From positions 148,208 to 212,207 of the forward strand of contig NMRA01000094.1 in assembly GCA_002633005.1 (NCBI GenBank): a DNA stretch of 64,000 nucleotides, read 5' to 3'. This DNA is from Phoronis australis. Taxonomy: Eukaryota > Animalia > Phoronida. The translations under genes and the position numbers were made by a program. Below, piece after piece: positions 47,311 to 58,300 of this stretch. Positions within the stretch are counted from its first letter, which is position 1. Each line of letters begins with the position of its first letter. Below the pieces are notes generated by a model, which was not told the origin of the DNA, searched no databases, and saw only the letters and a list, made by a program, of their open reading frames with translations.

Positions 47311-49364
47311 AGAGACTATTGTGATTAACTTTGCTGCGGATCTATGTGTGCGAGGTGGACGATGAAGTGAGAAGATATCGGCGAGATGCCAAAAACTAAG
47401 CGTTAGTTTAAACTTGACGCGTTCATTCAAAATCTTTTCATAATGATGTTAATTGAAAAGGAGAGGAAAAAGTGCCATTAAAGTGGAGACTGTTATTCAA
47501 GGCGAGGGATGGGTACGGGTCGGATAACATAGAAACATTCCATCCACTTTCAAACACGCAAACCACGTTGCCAGAAGGTGAATACGTATATTGCAACAAA
47601 GCGCGGTAATTCATGAGGAACCGCTAAAGAATTATTACAACCCGACACAGAAATGATTATGTAAAGACTGCGTTTCACATGAGAACCCACAAAGAAAATT
47701 TAAATAAAATAAAGAGAATGCAAATCGGTAAACGATATTTCGTTGCCGGGGTTTCTTTGCCGCGTATACATGTTTTTGTAGATTACACTAACCTCTAGAA
47801 AACTGGAAGACCCCCCTTTCTTTTATAACACCCCCCCTTTCTTTTTATAACAATGCTAATTTTGGTATGGCAAGATTTAATGAAAATTAGGTACTTTCAA
47901 ACAAGTACGTTTAAGTTAAGAGAGTAAACAGACTCTCGTGCATCAGTAAGGTTTGGTGGAGCAGCTGCTTCGTAATATGCTTGTGTTTCCATCGCCAAGA
48001 ACAAACTGACAATGACAGTACATGTATAGTTATGTGCGCTACCGACTTAAGACTGATTTCAAGCGTTTTCTGAACGTTGCGCATCAACTGGCTATGAGTA
48101 AATTTGACCTTTGGAAATGTCACTCGCTTTGTCATCTTGACACCGGAGTGGACCAAAGCCAAAATGTCACAGTTACGTTGCATGCGCATGCGTGTTATCA
48201 GTTTTCGGTTTACCAGCTCAAATCTCAAGATTCGTTCAGGATTTTAGTAAGCAGTATAGTATGTATTTTAAACTTGAAGAAAATCCCAAAGTTCAGTCAT
48301 GACTGTAGTCCAGCAACGTAGAACCCACACAAGCCATGGTAATGCGTTTTAACAGTAAACATTGTGGACGCATAACGGTCAAAATGGCGAGACAAAAATA
48401 GTCAAAGACTGTATATTTATTTCTGTCAAATAAATACTACAGCATATATCTAGATTCTGTTAACACTTAGATTATAAAGAAATGTGCGCAGTTTCAATAA
48501 GTTTTGATAGCTTCAGTATCAAGATGACCCCTCGTGTCTCACCAACAGTCGGGTCATGGGAACTTCGCATTGTGACGACCTTCGTGACAGAAAAATTCTT
48601 GAGCAAGCCCAATCGACCGCAGTATAAATAGTTAAGATAATACGATGTCGTAAAGCATTCTGACAAATTACTATTCAGTCAGCTGGCGTGTAGTAAATAC
48701 ATGAAGACAAATATCAGGATTTTACATGAAAGCTATTCAAATGATTAACACTGTGTATAATTCTAAGTCACTGTACAATGACAAGACTCATGATTTTTTC
48801 AACTTCTCAGTAGACGTGGCTAACACAGGGATTGAAAAATTGGTGTAGTGTAAATTAACTTTTATCTATATGTTGACTATAACCAATGAAATATAAAGTG
48901 GTCCTTCTTAGCAAGCTTACTAAAATTACTTTTGCAATTGGAAATACAGCAATTGTATTCACTGAACTACTTCAATACATGTAGTTATCTAAACGTATCT
49001 TAAGATTTGCTAACAAATGGATGCAAAATATACTATTTAATTTTTTACGTTTAACCTGACAATAAATACTTCAGTAATTCTTTTGACAACCCTGTTTTTC
49101 TATCGCTGCAGGGGATCGCCTGGCCGTGGGAGGTGTGAGTGAATATTCCATTCAGAATGAGTCCAAATATTTATGAATCGTGCACGCGACTTGTGCCGAA
49201 TTGTTTAAATAATCAAACGATATAAATAAACAGGCGCGGGACTGATAAACAGGCGCATGTCTGTAATACGTCCATGTTCTCGGATATAAAATTCGACAAT
49301 GAGACAAGTTAAGATCAACATTAGAATGTTGAGAAATAACAGATCACTGGTTAAGTTTAGCTAA

Positions 49365-49366
<2 letters not shown>

Positions 49367-49418
<52 letters not shown>
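49367..49418. repeat. (GT)n microsatellite
   Basis: About 26 GT units. Confidence 0.98.
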
Positions 49419-49419
<1 letters not shown>

Positions 49420-49497
49420 GGTGCGCACAAACGCACAAACGGATGTACACAGCAATAGAAATGTTTACAAATGTTACTAGTTAGTTTTTCATAACAT

Positions 49498-49968
49498 TTA
49501 AAGGGACCCTCTCGGCCAGAAAAGTAATTTTACACAAATTAGCGGTAGCCTGGAATCGAATCCACTAATTTCACAGTGACAACCGAATGCTCTATTGCTG
49601 AGTCAAATCCCACGCGTTAAACAGAAGTAGCAATAGCATCTTAAGCGCATTTAAAGGGACAACACCGGTTTTACGGTCGCATTTTTAGGATTATTTTTGG
49701 AAGGAACTGACTTAAATTATTAGCTTTGACCAGAGTAATAAAACAAAATCCGATGTGTTTTTCGTGATTTTAGTATAAATTGCCAATGCTTGTTGCTGTA
49801 TGTCAGACATTCCCTGAAATCAAGGTCGATGTCTTTACCCTGATTAAAATACGCTTAAAATATTTTGCGCGGGATTTGGCGCAGCAGCAGAGCTTTTGGC
49901 TGATATTGCAGAGTTAGTTGGTTCGATTCCGTGCCACTGTAAAGTTCTCGCCAAGAATGTTCCTTTAA
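49498..49968. mobile_element. Old TTAA-flanked inverted-repeat element (Kolobok-like) with tRNA-like A/B boxes in both arms
   Basis: TTAAAGGGAC... / ...GTTCCTTTAA ends; ~150-170 bp degenerate inverted arms; GGTTCGATTCC B box at ~49920. Confidence 0.5.
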
Positions 49969-52422
49969 ACAGTAAAGACACCGAGTTTGATTTCAGCGCA
50001 TGCGTGGCGGACAACAGCTAGAATTGGTCATTTGGGACAATAACACAAACGGATTTTGCTGTTTTACAGCTCTGGTCAAAGCTAATAGCGCCAAGTCTAA
50101 CCTATCCAGCAACAATCCCAAAACACATGTTTCGATCGCAAAGCGGACAAGGTACCTCTAACTAACCTAAACATTAAAAAATAGCGATCGGTTTACTTTT
50201 ATTTGGCTAAATCGAAACTGTATTGTGCTTTACGTGGAAAGTAAATGGATTGGAACTGTAAAGTTTGTAGAACTAATCGAACTAGGTCTGTCCAATTGAC
50301 TTAACGAATGTTTTGTAATAAATGAAAAAATCACATCGATAAACAAAATTATCTTATGTTAGGTAAACTGTCGTTAATTTCTTTTGGCTCAATAACTTTC
50401 CACCTGGAAAACATGGCGCATGTGTAAGGGTCGAGTTAGAAACAGGAACATGGCAGTTCCCCGGGTACAATAACACACGTAAAATAGATTTCATTATTCC
50501 CACTACTTCTGAAACTAAAACTGTTTGCAACAACTAAAAAAGAGAAACATGTACAGATGGGAGGTAATAAACAGTGGGCCCATCTATCTATCTATCAACT
50601 ACGTTTGTATGCAACGACATTCATCTTTCTGGCAGCTACACGTGCCAAAACTGTTGCTCTGTAAACCTTTCCCCGTGACATTCAGGCATTTCCTTACTCG
50701 CGTGGTGTAAGAAGTATCTTGGTCACATCGACATTTAGCATTATCTAAACAGATAGCAGCAAAGAAACATTCCACAGGGTTCTCGCTAAAAGGATGGAAT
50801 TTATTTGCAATTATCTACAAGGGGTAGTCTCCGTAGGATAAACAAATTACTTATTCCTGTATATATCAAATGGGTCGATGTTGCTAGAAACGTGATTTTT
50901 TTCTCTAAAGTTATTCACGCAAAATGAGTCATCAAAATCTAATTATTACCTTAAAGTCACGTGTCGACGTTCAATGGCCCGGTGACTACACCACTTGCTG
51001 AAACACACAAAAAAATCAACAAGCGGTTGACCAGGTCAAAACTCACTTAAAGTGTTTTAAATCATTCATCAGTAACTTCCTAAAAGCATTCGCGGGAATT
51101 CACGAGAGTAAAAATATTTCGGAAATTTGACAAAATGTTGATTAAATCTAACAAAAACAATTAGCGTGAAAAACATCGAAGCTTGGTCATTGTTCGTGAA
51201 AAAAATGGTCAGTGATAGCAGAAGAAATCTCATATCAAAACAATCGACTATCTCTTATCTGACGGGTAGTTTTCATCAACTTGACTGAATACTGGAGTTG
51301 AAGAAACGTGAGACGCCATACGGTTGCCGTCATTTTCAGAGATCATTTTTAACATGTTTATCTGAAGCTCGTCCATTCAACGACACTGATGTATCTAAAC
51401 ACACCAAAAGATTTATCGATTTCTTTACGGTGGGAAAGTTGTTTCAGGCAGACCCGGCAAGCACGCGTGACATTCCGACTAAACCATTGAATTAACCAGG
51501 CATATTAATTTCAATAATCCATTCTAATACGCTGAGGTGACTCGTGACCTATGACCTCACCATTTGAGCCTTGTCAAAACTTCAAAGTTGATTACCAGGA
51601 AGAAAACGCAAAGTACAAATCGCTTTCCCCGAGAACACACACTTTTCTTCCTCCAGAAATTGAGCGACGTAAATTGAGAATGTGACGTAAACTAACACGT
51701 AGCGTACATGTACACGCATAGTATTCTTTAAGAGAAATTCTGCGCTGTAGTTTGGCACACTTTAGGACTTAAATGACTTATCAGATATCTGATTATTATT
51801 TTGTGGAAAAATTAAATAGTCGAAATTCGCCGCAGTTCGATACCAAAAGTTGACGTCACAACAATCAATTGATGCGCTCGTCCTTACTATGACTGACCAC
51901 TGTGAAATTTTCGTTTTTTGTCGCTTATTTCCGCGGAAACGCGGGTGTTGATCGCTAACACTACTTTGAGACACTGGCTTTTCATATTGTGACTTTTTAT
52001 CCCATTTTGCCTGATTGGTTGTTTGATAATACAGGCTTGTGATCATCGTTAAGCTGCCAGTCATTCTGTTGTTTGTTCGTTCTCCCGATAGGGAAACCAG
52101 TGCCACCATTTTCCAAGATGCAGGTAGCTAGTGCACTACACAGAACGCACGGCTGGTGATCTGTTCAAAGTGTGATGTAAAGAAGGAGTGCGAAGAGCAG
52201 TTCCAGCCCTCGGACTTCGAGCGGCGACCCGTTCGCCTGCACTTCGATCTTTGGGTTTGTTACTAATCGCGAGCCTCTGAAGTCATTAACCGTAAGTTGA
52301 TTCCATCAACGGCAAAAGTGACCAAGCACTTCCTAAAACCTATGCACATTTTAAAAGGCAAGAATAGACACACAATATGTGTACCAGGCGATACAATCGA
52401 AGTGTTTACCATAGGCAGATAT

Positions 52423-52565
52423 CATGGGCGGCGCACCATAGGGGGCAGTGGGGCTACGCCCCCCACTTCAGTGCTACGCCGCAAATGGTCTATAGGCGGT
52501 GCACCACAGGGGGGGAGGGCGAAGGGGCTTTAGCTCCCCACTTTTTCAGTGCTGCGCCACCCATG
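52423..52565. mobile_element. CATGGGCGGCGC-family MITE with 5-bp TSD GATAT
   Basis: TIRs plus exact TSD; same family as 26311-26616. Confidence 0.85.
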
Positions 52566-55300
52566 GATATTGTAATGATTAAAGAATAGCGCTTTATTGT
52601 ATCAACTCTCGCCGGTTTCGGGAAAGATCGATATTTGTTTTTCACTGCCTAGACAGTGTTTTTTTTTCTGGACCAAAATAAAAGTCCCTGCGAATGGATC
52701 GGTTTTCGAATATTCCATCTACACGCTTCCGTCATATATAGTTTAGTGGCCCGGATACTGAACAAGCAAAACAAGCCGTACCGCACGCAAGAGTTGAACT
52801 TCGATGCTTAACAAAATTATCGCACGGTATCAACCATACGGCAAACCTAGAACCCAGAACTACACGCTTTACATGAACACAAACAACTGTTTAAATGAAA
52901 AGCCAAAACAATCCCGTCGGTCTAAGATGCACAACATCGCATGGTGTTTGTTATTTTACACAAATCGTGTAGTAAACAAAAGGTTTGCTTAACCAAAGGT
53001 TTTCAAAACATCTGGAAAATAGTAAATAATGCTAAGTGCACGCTAGTTTTGAAATGTGAGTCTATGACAGTCTATGACTAGCTATTGGTAGATATAAACG
53101 AAACCTAGATAAACACAATACAAAAACTCCCACGATGTCATTTAAATAAAGTGCACCCAATGAAGTCCGTATTCAGCGAGTAGTCCAGTTTTCCGACGAG
53201 TGCTCAATCGAGGATGGTGTGCCGCTTGAAGTTGGAATCATTTACGTTATGGTGAAAAGTTTTGTGTAAACAGCCACGCCAATAAGTGTATGCGCAAGAA
53301 ACGTGAGCTCACGCTTGCAGACATGCGCGTGCACCCAGCTTAAAATATAGGGGGGGGGCTCGAACTCTTCCATATGCGCGGACCTTTTACTGAAAAAAAA
53401 ATCAACGAGGACTAAAAAAAACGTGGCCACTAGGTTCAGGCCTGCCAATCGTGCATCCTCGCCGAATTCCTGTGAACTTTTGTCCCGTTTACCAGAAGTT
53501 TTTGTTTCACCGAGACGGATCTTTTTGACCAATTCGCCAAATTGGCCCCCCCCCCCCGGGTGCGCCCATGGAATGGTTCCGGTCTGCGCCCGAAATCTTA
53601 AACTTTTGCCTCAGTTCAAATAAAAAGGACCCCCCCCCCGACTATTTCAGTTGGCATCAGACGACACTGGGTAAAACAAGGATCAAGAGTCATTTTAGTT
53701 GACATCAGGTGCAGACTTTTTTATTTAAAATGATTGCCAACTAAAACACACATCAGACCAGAACCAATTACGCTATTGTCTTTGGTCTAATAACCTATTT
53801 TTGAACTTTGAAATTTCATTATCAAATGAAAGTGACTTTTTCTTTACTGTTTATTCACAACACGTCTATGAACAATATTTAACAGAATATGTTTTTAGTA
53901 ACGAAACCAAGTGCGCTGGACCTACTACGCAGCTTCGTTTAGACCTCGCATAATTACATTTTTTACATGTTTTGGCAAATTTGATGCTTCATATGGCAAT
54001 GTCTTCCCGGTCATGTGCATTTGTTTTCCACAGACAACCTGCACGAATATTTTGGAAATGACATTTCGGGGACTAAAAATAAAACTAAAAAAAAAAAATA
54101 TATATATATAGCTGAGCATCACTACAAGGTGTGTGTAGGAGCCTATAAAATGTGCAAATTTGGCACACTTTGGAACATCATGTCTCAGACATTGGATTCA
54201 TATAAAACTTCCAGATACAAAACAATACTTTATACACAGATCTCTAAGACTGTTAGAATTGTTTTAAAATGTTTCACTTTTGCATAAAGGAGTTATCAAA
54301 ATAAGACTTTAATTTTTCTGAACGAACTCAAAACTTGCTTTTGTGCAATTCCATCTTGCATATTTACATCATGCTGTTTTCCTATGAATGACAGTTTCTT
54401 TTTACCAAATGTTTGCAAAAACAAATGGTCACATGAGTAATTTTAATTACTCATGTGACCAATTTACTTTATGTTCCAATTTGGTATTTTAATACCAAAT
54501 TGGAACATAAAGTTAAAAATCAAATTATGCAGGTTTTCTGCTTTCATGAAATATATACTTTTACTGAAATAAAATCTATAGTTGGACAGATATTTTGCTT
54601 AATGCAGACATTTGTTGATAAGACTTTACATAACCTTAAACAGACAATTGTGCTCAATAATTTGCAAAGACAGAAACGGTTTGAGGTCTAAGCCACTATG
54701 AACTGCATTCTGGTGTTTAAAACGTCAAGTTTCTTCTCAGGAGTACAGACTTTTTATTCCAAAGTAATCACCACCTTCCTGTGTTTGAATTGAAATTGTT
54801 TCAATCCATTGCTACCAACTTCTGGCAGTCAGACTGGTTTGAGGTCAGACTGGTTTGACCACTGAAACTAACCCACCACCTCTCATATATATATATACCG
54901 GTATTCAGATCAGTTAGGGTGTTGAATTAACGATAACTTAAGAATGGAAACTGTTTGGCATCAGTACCTGTGGAGAACAGCTCAAGATTGTTGCTCAAAA
55001 ACATCTGAGCGATCCAGAGATTTAGGCTAAGATGTCTATGCATAGTCATAATGGAGAGGTGGCAGGGCACAATGGGTCATGGCATCCCTGTTCAATGCAA
55101 AGTGCTCCAGATAGGTTGTCACTCATTTCACCCTCCCACCGCTCCACAGCAATTTTGAGTGAGACACCACTGTTGAATATGTCTAGCTACATCAGTGCTC
55201 AGATGGAAATATAAACTTTGGGCGTCAATAGAAGTCTTGTACACGTCATCCAAAACTTGACGTCTGAGGATACCAATGGTACCGGGGTGACCAACCAAGG

Positions 55301-58300
55301 TCATGTTTTTTGGAATTTGAGAACAGCAATCATGACGAAGATTTCTGATACAGCAGGCAGCGCACTACAGCATCCAAATATTGTCCAGTAAGTTGTGCAG
55401 GGCCAAGTGTCAAACAGGAAGAAGGAGCAGACAACTGATCCAGCAGCATGAACTACTATAGCTGTGAGAATGGTTAAGGGTGTAACACCTCTGGAGATGC
55501 ACTGAACCTGCAATCAGGATTAGTAGTTACACCTCTAGAGATGCACTGAACCTGCAGTCAGGATTAAAGATACTGTTGCCACTTTTGTACATTTAAATCT
55601 TCATTTGGATACTTTCATACAATAGTCCAGCAATTCTAGACAATCAAGCCAAAGCTTCAGTTAAAAAATGCGACAAAACCAAATTCCAACATCAAAAAAC
55701 TAACATGATTAGGGGTCCATTGTATTTCTAATGTGTAAATGAATGGAAAAAGTTATTTCACTGGCAACCAGTTACTCAACGTCAACCAGTTACTCAACGT
55801 CAACCAGTTACTCAACGTCAACCAGTTACTCAACGTCAACCAGTTACTCAACGTCAACCAGTTACTCAACGACAACCAGTTACTCAACGTCAACCAGTTA
55901 CTCAACGTCAACCAGTTACTCAACGTCAACCAGTTACTCAACGTCAACTGACAGTCAGCTAATGATCTAATATACTTGTGTCACAAGGAATGACTCTAAA
56001 CTTGTGGTGGCTGAAGAAGACAATCACAAATAAAACAAGTCATTACCAGTAAGTATGTCTGTTGCCTAGTAACTAAAACGAAATAAAATGTTCAAAGGTT
56101 ATGACTGATAGGAGGAAGAATCACAATAAACAAGATAAGAAAGATTGCCACAAGTTGTCTTAACCTTGACAAGGAGAACAGCAACAACAAACAGGAAATA
56201 CACAAGTGGATATACCGTATTCGCCGTAATAACCGCCCATGCCCCTATAAGCGCCCCCCACGCTTTTTCAGACTTTGCTAAAATAACCGCCCAGTCCATG
56301 AACGTGTACGTGCGAAAAATGCCTTACCTACAGTCCTAAAATTCTATTGTAACATCTTCAATTTATCAATAATATCCGACAGTCCTGAAAAAAATCATTG
56401 TGCGCAGAATGTGTAGACCCCGAGCCTCGCCGCTATGTCGGTATTTAGCCATGACTATACACTTCAAACTTCTGCCATGCCTCAAAAACGAACACAAAAG
56501 TTCTGCTGATATTGCGAGGACCAATGGTCTGGCCTTTCAGAACAGTAGTGTACTTGTCTACGGGATTGCTTTGTAGATATTTCCGGCTTTCAACAGGAAT
56601 CCAAATTTCTTTGTAGGCCTACATGTGAAAACCGTGAATCGAAGACTAATAAAAAGCTTGGCCAGTGTTAAAAGCACGTGGCTAGGAAGCGCGCAATACA
56701 TCCATGAACCTGTCATCAAAGACATTAGTCGGGAACTATCCATTCATGAAACGGGTAGCATAGCATCCGCAAGAAATGAATATTGGCATTGGCACTAATA
56801 TCCGACAGTTTCTAATACTATAAAACATGTTTGCATTATTTTTAAGATGAATTGTTTGATTAACCATAATTGGTGTTTTTAAGCCAAATATCTGAAAAAA
56901 TGACCACTGACCGTGAATACACATACCCTTACACCAAAAAATAACTGTCAGATAGTCACGTACGCCGCATCCAGCCACACGGCGACTAATATGGTCTTAC
57001 CGAGACAAATGTCGATGTTTTTAGCACACCGGCAAGTGCTGAATGAAACACGCTCTGGTTTAGGCCTACTGCTTGTGCAAATTTCTTTAGATACAATGCA
57101 CATCTAGCTCGTTAGATTGCGTGGCTCTGGCCAAAAAACGGCACTTACTCTGGCAAATGAACTCTGGTGACACGCATGCGCTTGCTTACTCAGAAACGCA
57201 GAGAACTTCAAAACAAACGTCACGTGACAACAACATGTCTGTTTGTCCAGACATTTTTCTCATGTTGCCGATCATACTTGTAGATGGCACGATGTACTTG
57301 CACAGATTTGTACTTAAACCTGCCGTGATCCCGACTCCACGGGAACTTAAAAATCTTAGGGACGCAACTTGGAAAACTTAAGGAGGATTTCAGGTAATTT
57401 GATCGAGTCGAAACTATATTTTTTATTCAAGCATCCAAGTCACCATATCGACAATTGCGAGGCAGGCAGTCAGTGAGTTTTCGCCCTGGGATTTCAGCAC
57501 AATTTTCTGTAAAATGATCGTAATTTAGCAGCAGAGTTTGATAGCAATGCACCACTGTTTTATACAAAGTCTTTCATAGATTACAGATTCGTCACAGAGC
57601 GTAAATGTAATGAATCTTAGCTTCCGATTTCACCCGTTTCGGAGACCGGGTTTCAACAGCCTTGGGTTATAATAAGCGCCCCCCTTGAAACGAACTTTTC
57701 TACGCGCCCTGGGCGGTTATTACTGCGAATACGGTAAGCACTAACAGAGCAAAATTGTAGTCAATGATTTACACAGTACCTAATCCATGTTTTCAGCCTT
57801 CACTCGGAGGCCTTTCTCAAACTAATGATGATGTGACAGGCTGGCATGTGTGACGTCACGGCTCCTCCATGGACAGAGACATTGGACAATATATTCTATC
57901 TAACATCTACAAGCCAGTGGTACACTTTAAGTAGACAATGTTCCAAGACGGCCATCAGATGTCCCCACACAGTATGACATAACACATACCAGCCTGTCAC
58001 ATCATCATTAGTTTGAGAAAGGCCTCCGAGTGAAGGCCACAACAGTGAACTAGGTACTTCGTAAGTTGTTGACTGTGTACTAAGAACTTTATTCCAATTA
58101 TGATATAGCCAGAAAAATGAACCAGTTTCATCAATTACCAACAGAGCAGACTGACATCTATTGGCAAAGCATAACATTGTGAAAGGATACATAACATGGA
58201 GTGTGTATAGGCGAACATGGTGATGCCAGCAAAGAAACCTATGTACTCCAGTACAAAGAAGATCAAAGTCAGAGAGAGTGCAGCTATAAACCTGCAAAAG

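Larger units (their letters stand above)
55462..58190 (-). other. U12-type (minor spliceosome) GT-AG intron of tmem107
   Basis: 5' splice site GTATCCTTT; branch site CCCTTAAC followed by CATTCTCACAG at the acceptor; no long polypyrimidine tract. Confidence 0.9.

Noticed and set aside
49871-49940. Functional tRNA gene
   Set aside because: A/B boxes are degenerate and no proper acceptor stem is evident; part of a repeat arm
52130-52266. Possible THAP-like remnant (ICSKC...CEEQFQPSDFERR) or exon ending at GTAAGT 52292
   Set aside because: Lacks the HF motif and an intact N-terminus; bounded by stops; no partner exons found
54700-55300. U8 snoRNA (SNORD118), which neighbours TMEM107 in human
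   Set aside because: No recognisable U8 5' motif or box C/D arrangement seen by eye; an Infernal search would be needed
55739-55970. Repetitive ORFs (NVNQLL)n / (STSYST)n / (LSNWLT)n
   Set aside because: Translations of an 18-bp minisatellite inside the tmem107 intron
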